Positions 8,820-17,929 are shown, counted from the stretch's first letter. The stretch is DNA of 64,000 nucleotides from an uncultured delta proteobacterium (GCA_963713045.1 CAVQKE010000003.1:1216001-1280000), one strand, 5' to 3'. The notes: generated by a model not told the origin, from the sequence alone. Numbers and translations: made by a program.

Positions 8820-10238
8820 ATGGAAGCCGTCACGCCAGCGACGCCCATCCCGAACGAAGGGCTGTGGAGCTCCCTCAAGGAGGCCGTTCGCGGCTCACAC
8901 CGAGACTTCACCACCGGCTCCATCCCGCGCAGCATCTTCCTGCTCGCCGTGCCCATGGTGCTCGAGCTGGCGATGGAGTCGGTATTCGCCGTGGTCGACG
9001 TCTTTGTCGTCTCACGGTTGGGGCCCGACGCGGTGGCCACGGTGGGACTCACCGAGTCCTTGCTGGTGCTGGTGTACGCGGTGGCCATGGGGGTGGGCAT
9101 CGGCGCGATGGCGCTCATCGCCCGCCGGGTGGGGGAAAAAGACACCGAGCGGGCGGCCCGGACGGCGGTGCAGGCAATCGTCCTCGGGGTGCTGCTGGCG
9201 CTGCCGGTCGCCGTCACCGGGGTCACCCTGGCCCGGCCACTGCTCAGGCTGATGGGCGGCAGTCCCTGGGTCTTGCAGCACGGCGTCCGCTACATGCAGG
9301 TGATGATGGGCAGCACGCTCAGCATCACCCTGCTTTTCCTGGTCAACGCCATTTTCCGCGGGGCGGGCGACGCGGCGGTGGCGATGCGCGTCTTGTGGCT
9401 CGCCAATGGCCTCAACTGCATCCTGGCGCCGTGCCTGGTGCTCGGGCTCGGGCCTTTTCCCCGCCTCGGTGTGGTGGGTGCCGCGGTGGGCACCACCATC
9501 GGACGAAGCTGCGGGGTGCTCTACCAATTCTGGTGCCTGTCCCGCCCGGACAGCCGCATCCGCCTGCAGCGTCGCCAACTGCGCATTGAATGGAAGACCA
9601 TCCTTCAGGTGCTGAGTCTGTCCGGCAGCGCGACGCTGCAGATGCTGGTGGGAATGGCGAGTTGGGTGGGCATGGTGCGCATCATCGCCGCCTTCGGCAG
9701 CACGGCACTGGCCGGCTACACGGTGGCCATGCGCATCGTCATCTTCGCCCTCTTGCCCTCGGCCGGTTTGGCCAACGCAGCCGCCACGCTGGTGGGCCAA
9801 AACCTCGGGGCCCGCCAACCCCAGCGTGCCGAGCGCAGCGTCTGGCTGGCCGCGGCCTTCAATTGTGGCTTCCTGCTCGGCGTCGGCCTGCTCCTCCTCG
9901 GCTTCGCCCCCGGGTTGATTCACTTCTTTACCCAAGACCCCGTCGTGGTTGGCTATGGCGTCAGCTGCTTGCGCATTGTGTCGCTTGGCTTCGCCTTCTA
10001 CGGCGTGGGGATGGTGATGGAGCAGGCACTCAACGGTGCCGGCGACACCCGGACGCCGACCCTCATCAACTTCGGCTGTTTCTGGGCGCTGGAGCTGCCC
10101 CTCGCCTGGGGCCTGTCCCACGGGCTGGGGCTTGGGCCGAGCGGTGCCTTCTACGCGCTGTTGGCGGCCTTTTGCAGCGTGGCCGTCGCCGCCGGCCTCG
10201 TCTTCCGGACGGGTCGGTGGAAATTGCGTGCCGTCTAG
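8820..10238 (+). CDS. MATE family efflux transporter
   Basis: 472 aa, multi-TM; DFTTGSIPRSIFLLAVPMVLE, FRGAGDA, VGQNLGA, NGAGDTRTP. Confidence 0.92.
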   Translation: MEAVTPATPIPNEGLWSSLKEAVRGSHRDFTTGSIPRSIFLLAVPMVLELAMESVFAVVDVFVVSRLGPDAVATVGLTESLLVLVYAVAMGVGIGAMALIARRVGEKDTERAARTAVQAIVLGVLLALPVAVTGVTLARPLLRLMGGSPWVLQHGVRYMQVMMGSTLSITLLFLVNAIFRGAGDAAVAMRVLWLANGLNCILAPCLVLGLGPFPRLGVVGAAVGTTIGRSCGVLYQFWCLSRPDSRIRLQRRQLRIEWKTILQVLSLSGSATLQMLVGMASWVGMVRIIAAFGSTALAGYTVAMRIVIFALLPSAGLANAAATLVGQNLGARQPQRAERSVWLAAAFNCGFLLGVGLLLLGFAPGLIHFFTQDPVVVGYGVSCLRIVSLGFAFYGVGMVMEQALNGAGDTRTPTLINFGCFWALELPLAWGLSHGLGLGPSGAFYALLAAFCSVAVAAGLVFRTGRWKLRAV

Positions 10239-10248
10239 GGGGGCCCCC

Positions 10249-10309
10249 AAAAAAACACCCGCCTGCCCAATGGCCAGACACTGCGCCTCCAGCCACCAGG
10301 CGGCGGGTG
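10249..10309 (-). terminator. Long-stem intrinsic terminator
   Basis: Minus strand CACCCGCC-GCCTGGTGGCTGGA-loop-TCTGGCCATTGGGC-A-GGCGGGTG-TTTTTTT: ~22-bp stem whose G-U pairs work only on this strand, followed by U7. Confidence 0.8.
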
Positions 10310-10422
10310 CACAGCCTTTGCGCCGCCTCCGAAGCCGCGGAACCTCTGGTTACGCCGCGCCCGGAGAGGTGGCGCCTTGATTGTCGTGGTTCAAGGCATC
10401 ACCTCCTCTCGCCCCGTAGGGC
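10249..10422 (-). ncRNA. Candidate ~175-nt structured small RNA, possibly carrying a 14-aa sORF
   Basis: Predicted promoter, 5' GCCC-UACG-GGGC tetraloop hairpin, AGGAGGUGAU inside a 15-bp hairpin, a cUUCGg element and a terminator, all within a 460-bp intergenic gap. Confidence 0.5.
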
Positions 10423-10429
10423 AGAAGCA

Positions 10430-10458
10430 ATCCTGACAGCCAGCTTCTCCGCCCGCAA
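10430..10458 (-). promoter_or_regulatory. Putative sigma70-type promoter of the candidate small RNA
   Basis: TTGCGG (10458-10453), 17 bp, CAGGAT (10435-10430) with an extended TGn; 7 nt upstream of the 5' hairpin. Confidence 0.4.
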
Positions 10459-10699
10459 AGAAAAACGCTGCAAAGCCGCCCTCACCCGTCGACCCACAAC
10501 CGTCACAGCCGCCTGTTTGCCCTTGTCTGCTGAGGCCGTCGGCCAGCCGGGGAAGCTTGGTCCCCCCCCCCGCGTCACGCCCCGCCGTCTGGATGCGACG
10601 GGACTGGATGAGAGGGGCGGGACAGGTGTCTTACCCCTCCAGGCGGGAGGGCGGCGGCGCGCTTTTCCCAGAAGGCCCCAGGGGGGTGGCCGGCGTCCG

Positions 10700-11755
10700 C
10701 TAAGCCTGTTCGGCGGCCAGCGCGCGCATCGCTTCGGTAATGTCCGCCAGCTGCGGCACCGACGCCGCCTCGAGCGCGTCGGCCAGTCCAATGCCCGGAA
10801 CGAATTTTCCGGCGAGCAGCCGCGGGGCGGCCATCAGCTGGTAGAAAAGCTCCTCCACCGTGCGCCGGACCAAATGCTCGCCGAAGTTGGTGACTTCGGT
10901 GTCCTCGTTCACGAAGAGGACTTTCCCCGTTTTCTCCACCGAGGCTGAAATGGCCTGCCAGTCGTAGGGCCAAAGCGAGCGGAGGTCGATGACTTCAGCG
11001 TCGATGCCCTCCTCGGACAAGGCAGTGGCCGCCCGGAGGCACAAGGGAAGCGTGCGCCCGTAGCTCACCACGCTGAGCGCGGAGCCTTGCCGGACCGTCT
11101 TGGCCTTGCCAATGGGCACCGCGTAGGCCTGAAGCAACGGCCAGTCGGGCTTCCACATTGAGCGGTCGCCGAGCGGGGCGTCAATCATTTTGGACAGCGC
11201 CCGCTCGTCGCCTGGCTCGCCCGGAATCAACTCTTCCCCCTTAATCCGGAGCAGCGCCTTCGGTTCGAGGTACAGGACAGGGTTTTCGTCCTGGCAGGCC
11301 GACAGCATCAGGCCGTAGGCGTCGAGCGGGGTGCTCGGCATGACAATTTTCCAGCCGGGAATGTGGGTCGCCGTCGCGTCAAAACTGTGCGAGTGGTAGA
11401 TGCTGCCGCGGATACCGCTGCCCACCGGCGTCTTCACCACCATCGGCAGGTTCCAGTCTCCGTTGGTGGCCCAGTAGGTGTTGCCCGCAATCTTGAGTAA
11501 ATCGATGGTGTTGTAGATGTAGTCGCAGAACTGAATCTCAGCCACCGGGCGCTGACCGGCCATCGCCAGGCCCATCGCCACGCCAATTATCCCGCGCTCG
11601 TCGAGTGGGCTATTCCAGGCCGTGCGCAGCCCTTGGGTCGCGGTGAAGACACCGCCCAGCGGTGGCCCGACGTCCTCACCGAAGACGTCGGTGACGCCCA
11701 GGTGGTCCTCGGCGTAGTGCAGCGCCATTCGGATGGCCTGTGCCATGTTGGCCAT
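10700..11755 (-). CDS. 2-oxoacid (probably branched-chain) dehydrogenase E1 beta subunit
   Basis: FGEDVG, NSPLDERGIIG, AEIQFCDY, HSHS, EVIDLRSLWP. Confidence 0.92.
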   Translation of the reverse strand: MANMAQAIRMALHYAEDHLGVTDVFGEDVGPPLGGVFTATQGLRTAWNSPLDERGIIGVAMGLAMAGQRPVAEIQFCDYIYNTIDLLKIAGNTYWATNGDWNLPMVVKTPVGSGIRGSIYHSHSFDATATHIPGWKIVMPSTPLDAYGLMLSACQDENPVLYLEPKALLRIKGEELIPGEPGDERALSKMIDAPLGDRSMWKPDWPLLQAYAVPIGKAKTVRQGSALSVVSYGRTLPLCLRAATALSEEGIDAEVIDLRSLWPYDWQAISASVEKTGKVLFVNEDTEVTNFGEHLVRRTVEELFYQLMAAPRLLAGKFVPGIGLADALEAASVPQLADITEAMRALAAEQA

Positions 11756-11757
11756 GG

Positions 11758-12786
11758 TCAGGACCTTTCCTTGTAGATGTTGTTCCAGATGCTCTCCGGA
11801 GCCGGCATCGGCTCGTCGCGCACCTGCCGCGCCAGGTCTCCAATCTCCTTCATCCAGCGCGCGCGGACCTGGTCCATGTCGGCCCGGCTGAGGATGCCCT
11901 GTGCCTCCAGGACTTCCTCGAAGGCGGCAACACAGTCCACCTCACCCGAGACGAAGTTCGCCCCGGAAGCACTCGAATGCCCGTAGAGGCGACTGACCAT
12001 CGCCTCCATCAGGAAGGGCTTGCGCTCGCTGCGCACGTAGGCAAAGGCCTCTTTCAGCGCGAGGTAACTGGCCACCGCGTCGTTGCCGTCCACGCTCGCC
12101 GTGCGCATCCCGAAGGCCTTGCCTCGGTCAGCGATGCTGCGCGGGCCCTGCTGCGTCGAGGCCGCGGTGGAGATGCCCCATTGGTTGTGGGTGACGACGA
12201 TGAGGATGGGGAGTTCCTGCCCTGGACGGCTGCTCCACACGAGGCAGCTTGCAAAATCCCCTTCCGCCGTGCCTGCGTCGCCGCCGGTGACGATGGTGAT
12301 GCCGTCGCCGCCGAAACGCTTCTGTGCCAGCGCCGTCCCGGGGGCGATGACGTACTGCACCTCGATGGGGGAGCTGATGGGCGCAATGTTCCAAGCGCGT
12401 TTGGTGAAGTGACCGGCGAAGTTCCGCCCGCCCGAGTAGGGGTCGGTCGCCGTATTCTTCATCTGCCGCAACGCTCCCAGCGGCCCCTCCCCCAGCGCCA
12501 AGATGGTGGCCGACTGGCGGTAGTGGCCGTGAAGATAGTCGTAGGCTGGACCCTGGCCCCGTTTCATCAGCAGGCCCAGGGGCACGTTGAAGGCTTCCTC
12601 GCCCGGGCCACCAATCCAAAAATAGCCGTGCCCGGCCTTGTACATCTGGATGAGGCGCTCCTCGAGGACGCGCGCCTTCACCATCAATTCATGCAGCCGT
12701 ACCAGCAGCTCACGGTCGATGCCGAGAGCCTCATTTTCGGCGCGGACAAGCTGTGGACGGGGGCGGTTAGGGCCTCGTTCGCTCAT
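11758..12786 (-). CDS. 2-oxoacid dehydrogenase E1 alpha subunit (ThDP-dependent)
   Basis: GEEA, HYRQ, ThDP motif GDAGTAEGDF...HNQWGIST, VDGND, RLYGHSS. Confidence 0.92.
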   Translation of the reverse strand: MSERGPNRPRPQLVRAENEALGIDRELLVRLHELMVKARVLEERLIQMYKAGHGYFWIGGPGEEAFNVPLGLLMKRGQGPAYDYLHGHYRQSATILALGEGPLGALRQMKNTATDPYSGGRNFAGHFTKRAWNIAPISSPIEVQYVIAPGTALAQKRFGGDGITIVTGGDAGTAEGDFASCLVWSSRPGQELPILIVVTHNQWGISTAASTQQGPRSIADRGKAFGMRTASVDGNDAVASYLALKEAFAYVRSERKPFLMEAMVSRLYGHSSASGANFVSGEVDCVAAFEEVLEAQGILSRADMDQVRARWMKEIGDLARQVRDEPMPAPESIWNNIYKERS

Positions 12787-12874
12787 GGGCCTCCTCTACC
12801 AGAGTTTGAAGGCACTTCACTCGACGCGGCGCACCGCGCGGCCCGGCGCTCAGGTTACAGTCCCTTTCTTGGCC

Positions 12875-13408
12875 ATGGTTCCCCCCCTCCTCGAGGCTGT
12901 CCGCGCCAGAATCCGAGACGTCCCGGACTTTCCCAGGCCTGGAATTGTCTTCAAAGACTTGACGCCGGTGATGGCTGACGCCGCCTTGTTTCACGGCGTG
13001 ATTGCCGCCTTGGCAGCCCGGGTGGCCACCCTGGACGTCGAGCGCGTGGCGGGGATTGAGGCCCGTGGCCTCATCTTCGGCGCAGCGCTGGCCTACGCCC
13101 TGCGCCTGGGCTTCGTCCCGCTGCGAAAGGCCAGCAAGTTGCCGCGCGCCACCCACCGGGAGGCGTACGGGCTGGAGTACGGACGCGATGCCTTGGAAAT
13201 GCACACCGACGCACTTTCAAAGGGCGAGCGGGTCTTGGTGGTGGACGACGTGCTGGCCACCGGCGGAACCGCCCTGGCCGCCCGCACTTTGGTGGAACGC
13301 GCTGGAGCAACCGTCGCTGCGTTTGCCTTCGTGGTGGAACTCAGCTTTCTCAAGGGCGCCGAAAAGCTCGGCGCAACGCCCCTGTACGCACTCCTTCAAT
13401 ACGACTGA
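12875..13408 (+). CDS. apt: Adenine phosphoribosyltransferase
   Basis: IRDVPDFPRPGIVFKD, GIEARGLIFG, LEYG, VVDDVLATGGT; start ATG 12875. Confidence 0.95.
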   Translation: MVPPLLEAVRARIRDVPDFPRPGIVFKDLTPVMADAALFHGVIAALAARVATLDVERVAGIEARGLIFGAALAYALRLGFVPLRKASKLPRATHREAYGLEYGRDALEMHTDALSKGERVLVVDDVLATGGTALAARTLVERAGATVAAFAFVVELSFLKGAEKLGATPLYALLQYD

Positions 13409-13416
13409 GAACCGCC

Positions 13417-14409
13417 ATGCCCGACACCTTCCGCGCACTGTACGCCGAGCCAGTTGAGGGGCGCCCCCGGGTCACCCTCGTTGAGTTAACGGACGAGACA
13501 CTTCCCCCAGGAGACGTGACGCTGGACGTCCTCTACAGTTCCCTCAACTACAAGGATGGCCTGGCCCTCACTGGGAAGGGCAAGGTGCTTCGCAAGCTGC
13601 CCCTCGTCCCGGGCATCGACGTCGCCGGAACGGTCCGCGCCTCCACCTCGCCGCGCTTTCGGCCGGGCGACCAGGTGTTCGCCACTGGGTGGAACCTCGG
13701 CGAGTCCCTCTGGGGCGGCTACACCCAGCGCACCCGCCTCTCCTCGGCCATTCTCCAAAGACTGCCCCCCGGGCTGGACTTGAAGCGGACGATGGCTCTC
13801 GGGACGGCAGGCTTCACCGCCATGCTGTGCGTGGAGGCTCTGGAGGAGGCAGGCGCGCTCAAGAGCGGCCGCGAAGTGGTGGTGACCGGCGCCGGCGGCG
13901 GCGTCGGTTCTGTGGCGGTCGCGCTATTGGCCACCCTGGGACAGACGGTGGCCGCCTCCACCGGCCGGCCGGAGTTGCGGGACTGGCTCACCAGCCTCGG
14001 TGCGGCGAGCCTGGTGGACCGGAGCGAACTCGCCCAAAAAGGCCCGCCGCTGGCGAGCGAGCGCTGGGGCGCCGGGGTGGACAGCGTCGGCGGCCAGACG
14101 CTCGCCACGGTTCTCAGCCAGACCGCCTACCGGGGGGCAATCGCCGCCTGCGGGGTGGCTGGGGGGGCTGAGCTTCCTGCGTCCGTCTTTCCCTTCATCC
14201 TGCGCGGCGTGAAGCTTCTCGGCGTGGTGTCGGTGCTGGTGCCGATGGAGCAGCGGGAGCGTGCCTGGAAGCGCCTGGGGGAGCTCCTGCCCAGGGAGAA
14301 GCTGGACGGCTGTACCACCGTCGTCCCGATGACGAGACTGTTGGAGCTGGCGCCGGACATTCTCGCCGGGAAGACACGCGGCCGCGTGGTGGTGGACGTC
14401 AACGCTTGA
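13417..14409 (+). CDS. Acryloyl-CoA reductase-like MDR oxidoreductase (YhdH/AcuI family)
   Basis: YSSLNYKDGLA, VPGID, GTAGFTAMLC, TGAGGGVGS, PFILRGVKLLG. Confidence 0.9.
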   Translation: MPDTFRALYAEPVEGRPRVTLVELTDETLPPGDVTLDVLYSSLNYKDGLALTGKGKVLRKLPLVPGIDVAGTVRASTSPRFRPGDQVFATGWNLGESLWGGYTQRTRLSSAILQRLPPGLDLKRTMALGTAGFTAMLCVEALEEAGALKSGREVVVTGAGGGVGSVAVALLATLGQTVAASTGRPELRDWLTSLGAASLVDRSELAQKGPPLASERWGAGVDSVGGQTLATVLSQTAYRGAIAACGVAGGAELPASVFPFILRGVKLLGVVSVLVPMEQRERAWKRLGELLPREKLDGCTTVVPMTRLLELAPDILAGKTRGRVVVDVNA

Positions 14410-14436
14410 CGGGCGCGCTGGGTGGAGGGCAATCCA

Positions 14437-15399
14437 ATGAAGACAGCTTCTGTCCTCCTCACCCGCCGCTTCCCAGAAGCGGTGGAAGAGCGCGTCGAGC
14501 GCCACTACCGCGCGCTCTTCAACTTCGAGGACCGGCCGCTGCCGGCCGACGAGATTGCTGCTCGCAGCGCGGACGCCGACGCCATCCTGTTGTCCGTCAC
14601 GGACCGCTTTTCGCATGACTTGCTTTCGCGCCTCAGTCCCCGGGTGCGGGTGCTGGCATCGGTCTCGGTCGGCACCGACCACATTGACCTCGCCGCGGCC
14701 CGCGACCGGAATCTGTACGTCACCAACACGCCGGACGTGGTGACCGAGGCCACGGCGGACATTGCCCTTTTGCTGCTGCTCGGGGCCGCCCGGCGAGCCA
14801 GCGAGGGAGAGGCGTTGGTGCGCAGCGGCAGCTGGACCGGCTGGGCGCCCACCCAGCTGCTCGGCCGTGGGTTTGCCGGCAAGCGCCTCGGCATTGTGGG
14901 AATGGGCCGCATCGGCCGCGCCTTCGCCGCGCGCGTCCGCCCCCTCGGCGTCGCCCTTCACTACCACGACACGGCTCGGCTTCCCCCCGCCGTGGAGCAG
15001 GGCGCCCAGTACCACGACACGCTGGACAGCCTCCTTCGGGTGAGCGACTTCCTCTCGCTGCACACGCCGGCCACGGCGGCCACCCGACACTTGATGAATG
15101 CCCGCACCCTGGCGCTTTTGCCGGAAGGGGCCGTCCTGGTGAACTCTGCGCGCGGCGACCTGGTGGACGACGAGGCCCTTCTCGCCGCGCTCAGAAGCGG
15201 GCGCCTCTTCGCCGCCGGACTGGACGTCTATGCCGGTGAGCCGGCGGTCCACCCTGGCTACCGGACGCTTCCCAACGTCTTCCTGTTGCCGCACCTGGGG
15301 ACGGCGACGCTTGAGACGCGGACGGCAATGGGCTTTCGGGCCTTGGACAACGTCGACGCCGTCCTGGCTGGCCGCGAGCCGCCTGACCGCGTGGCCTAA
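14437..15399 (+). CDS. D-isomer-specific 2-hydroxyacid dehydrogenase (glyoxylate/hydroxypyruvate reductase-like)
   Basis: VTNTPDVVTEATAD, GMGRIG, NSARG, AGLDVYAGEP, LPHLGTAT. Confidence 0.92.
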   Translation: MKTASVLLTRRFPEAVEERVERHYRALFNFEDRPLPADEIAARSADADAILLSVTDRFSHDLLSRLSPRVRVLASVSVGTDHIDLAAARDRNLYVTNTPDVVTEATADIALLLLLGAARRASEGEALVRSGSWTGWAPTQLLGRGFAGKRLGIVGMGRIGRAFAARVRPLGVALHYHDTARLPPAVEQGAQYHDTLDSLLRVSDFLSLHTPATAATRHLMNARTLALLPEGAVLVNSARGDLVDDEALLAALRSGRLFAAGLDVYAGEPAVHPGYRTLPNVFLLPHLGTATLETRTAMGFRALDNVDAVLAGREPPDRVA

Positions 15400-15414
15400 C
15401 GTCGACGGCGCCAG

Positions 15415-16953
15415 TTATTCCCCGCGGGTGGCCTGCGCCGGCGCAGTCGGGCGCACCCAGACGCCGCTCTCGTCCAGAAGGGCGCTTCCAAAATCCAAAG
15501 CGGACAGGCTGCGGATGAGGGCCACCCCTTTCCGCGTCGAGTCCAGGACGGGCCGGCCCGGCTTGACGAGGACCGCCGGCACCAGCGCGACGCGGGTCGC
15601 CACGCCGTTGGGAGCCAACCTCACCTCAAGAATGCCGCTGATGCCCAGTGGCCCGGTGAGGTTGAAGGTGTCCCAGGTGGAGAAATTTCCCAGCGAATAG
15701 GCGATGAGTCGGCCTCGGTAAACCTCGAGTGCCCGGAGCAGGTGGGGACTGCTGCCCAACACCAAGTCTGCACCCGCCTCGACGACGGTGTGGGCGAAGG
15801 CGCGCACGTCTCCACGGTTTTCTCCAAGGAAGGTTTCGACGCCCACGGGCACGCGTGCCGCGCCCACCCCTTCCGCCCCGCCATGGAAGGAGACAAACAC
15901 CAAGTCATGGCGCTTCTTGAGGTCCGCCACCACCTTGCGCGCAATTTCCAAGTCCTGAATGCGGTAGACGTCCGAGCCGAAGGAGAAGCCCACCAGCGCC
16001 ACCCGCCGGCCTCCCACCTCCCAAGACGCGATGTCTCCCAACGGACCGCTGTGGCGGATGCCGGCCGCGTCCAGTGCCGCCATCGTGGAACGACGGCCCT
16101 CCGGGCCGAAGTCCCCGGCGTGGTTGTTGGCGATGCTCATCACGTCGAAGCCGGCAGCATGCAGGCTGCTGGCAAAGGCGGTGGGGACGCGAAAGGCGTA
16201 GCACTTGGTGGACTTTTTTCCGCACTTCTTGCTCTCCCCGGTGTCCGCCAGGACTGTCTCCAGGTTGCCGAAACGGACGTCGGCCTGGGCCAGCACCTGG
16301 CTGACGCCGACAAACATGTCCTCGGCATTGTCCGGCGGAAGGACGACGTGGCCGGCCGGCCAGGCCATCCCCAACTGGACGTCCCCTACCGCGGCCACGG
16401 CGAGGCTCGGCCCTTCGCTGGGGACTTCATCCCGCGGCGGCAGAGGACCGGGGTCCGGCAGGGCGTCGAGAAGACGCAGCTGCCGGACGCGCTCCGTCAG
16501 CTGCGGCAGCTGCTCGGCCAACTCCGGGTAGCTGGAATCCAGGTGCTGCAGCGCCGTCCACGCCTCGAGAGCAGCTTCGTACCGCCCACGCAGCTGCTCC
16601 GACCAGCCCACTTCCCACAGCGCCGCGGCACACTGGGGGTCCACCGCCAGCGCCCGTTTGTAAAGGGCAATGGCCTCCGCGGCACCGCCCTCCCCCTTTT
16701 CGCGCTGCACCGTCCGCCCCTCTTCCACCAACGCCAATGCGCTGGAAGGCTGTCTCGGGGCAGACGGCACGTCCACCGGGGGTGGGGCTGGCTGAAGTGT
16801 CGCCGGCCCGCTGGCGACGGGTACCTCGGCCGCGGGGGGCTGCACCGTGGCGCACCCGGTCACCAGCGCGAGAAAGGCGACCCGGCGGAAGGGGCAGCGG
16901 AGGTTGGAAGGTGGCCCGGGGGGCGACACCCGCAAAAAACGCGGCGTCACCAA
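15415..16953 (-). CDS. Lipoprotein with N-terminal TPR region and CapA/PGA_cap metallophosphoesterase-like domain
   Basis: Lipobox-like LVTGC; TPR-like AIALYKRALAVDPQCAAALWEVG; VGDVQLG, GNLET, ANNHAGDFG, FHGGAE, YSLGNF; start uncertain. Confidence 0.82.
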   Translation of the reverse strand: MVTPRFLRVSPPGPPSNLRCPFRRVAFLALVTGCATVQPPAAEVPVASGPATLQPAPPPVDVPSAPRQPSSALALVEEGRTVQREKGEGGAAEAIALYKRALAVDPQCAAALWEVGWSEQLRGRYEAALEAWTALQHLDSSYPELAEQLPQLTERVRQLRLLDALPDPGPLPPRDEVPSEGPSLAVAAVGDVQLGMAWPAGHVVLPPDNAEDMFVGVSQVLAQADVRFGNLETVLADTGESKKCGKKSTKCYAFRVPTAFASSLHAAGFDVMSIANNHAGDFGPEGRRSTMAALDAAGIRHSGPLGDIASWEVGGRRVALVGFSFGSDVYRIQDLEIARKVVADLKKRHDLVFVSFHGGAEGVGAARVPVGVETFLGENRGDVRAFAHTVVEAGADLVLGSSPHLLRALEVYRGRLIAYSLGNFSTWDTFNLTGPLGISGILEVRLAPNGVATRVALVPAVLVKPGRPVLDSTRKGVALIRSLSALDFGSALLDESGVWVRPTAPAQATRGE

Positions 16954-17247
16954 AGTTTGTCCCTCAGCAGCACGTTGCCGTTCTTCAAGGTCGTATCTCC
17001 AGCTTCAACGGGAGGCGCTTCTTCAGCCCTCCAACATCATTCTCCCTTTGGCGCAACACCAGCTTGGTGACGGCGACTTGGTGGGTGTCGAGGAGCCCTT
17101 CCGCGGCCCAACTGGCGGACGATGGTAGCGTTGCCGACGTTGGCGATGGACAGTCAATCGACTTAGCAACGCCCCAATGAAACCCTCCGCCTCGCCGTCA
17201 CCTTCGGCGGCCGTCACTGGCCGGACAGCATCCTCATTTTTCTGGCC

Positions 17248-17283
17248 TTGCGTACAGACGTAGCAAAGTGTACATTTTGTACC
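17248..17283 (+). promoter_or_regulatory. Toxin-antitoxin promoter with overlapping TGTACA-type operator
   Basis: TTGCGT (17248-53), 17 bp, TACATT (17271-76); near-palindrome aaagTGTACAtttt over the -10 and a second TGTACC at 17278. Confidence 0.6.
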
Positions 17284-17285
17284 TA

Positions 17286-17558
17286 TTGACCAGCCCTCAT
17301 GAAACGGTCTCTGTTACCGATTTCCGCTCGAACGCTTCCGAGTTGCTCGGGCGTGTCCGTCACGCCAACGAGCGCGTCATTATTCAGAAAAACGGGAAGG
17401 CGGCCGCGGCTCTAATTTCCTTTGAGGAGCTGAAGTACTTCGAACGCCTCGAAGACAAGCTCGACCTTCTCCTGGCGACCGAGGCCGAGGCCGCTGCGGC
17501 GGCGAGGGGTGAAAAGCCTATCCCGTGGAGTGAGGCCAAGGCTCGTCTCGGCTTGTGA
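17286..17558 (+). CDS. Phd/YefM family antitoxin
   Basis: TVSVTDFRSNASELLGRV...ERVIIQKNGKAAAALISFEEL...IPWSEAKARLGL; TTG 17286 preferred over GTG 17268, which lies inside the promoter. Confidence 0.88.
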   Translation: MTSPHETVSVTDFRSNASELLGRVRHANERVIIQKNGKAAAALISFEELKYFERLEDKLDLLLATEAEAAAAARGEKPIPWSEAKARLGL

Positions 17559-17929
17559 ATCGAGCCAAGAAGGCGAAGGGGCGCAAGGCTCCAACCCTGG
17601 CGACGCGACCTTTGCATCCCAGGCTCTACGAGCTGAGCGTTCTGCCAGAGATTGAGAAGGCCATTGGGGGCATTCGCGACGTCAAGCTGAAAAAGCGCAT
17701 CGCCGACCGAATTGATGACCTTGCGAAGGACCCAAGAGGCGCCGGATGCAAAGCCATTGGAAACGGCCTCACGCGCGTCAGGGTCGGCGATTGGCGCATC
17801 GTCTATCGGGTCGTCGATGAAACGGTGGTGGTCTGCATTCTGCGCGTGGCTGAGCGCGATGAGGTCTATCGGGACCTTGCGACGCTGGCCAAGGCACTCC
17901 GAGAGCGAGCCGCCGGCTGGAAGCGGTAG
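17555..17929 (+). CDS. RelE/ParE family toxin
   Basis: GTGA overlap with the antitoxin; RIDDLAKDPRGAGCKAIG, RVRVGDWRIVYRV, RVAERDEVY. Confidence 0.88.
   Translation: MNRAKKAKGRKAPTLATRPLHPRLYELSVLPEIEKAIGGIRDVKLKKRIADRIDDLAKDPRGAGCKAIGNGLTRVRVGDWRIVYRVVDETVVVCILRVAERDEVYRDLATLAKALRERAAGWKR

Noticed and set aside
10398..10410. 16S rRNA fragment
   Set aside because: Only the ~10-nt ATCACCTCCT match; the flanks do not resemble rRNA.
16960..17220. Possible gene remnant on the minus strand (EGLLDTHQVAVTKLVLRQ...) beside the toxin-antitoxin pair
   Set aside because: No clear start or RBS, and only a five-residue PIN-like resemblance.
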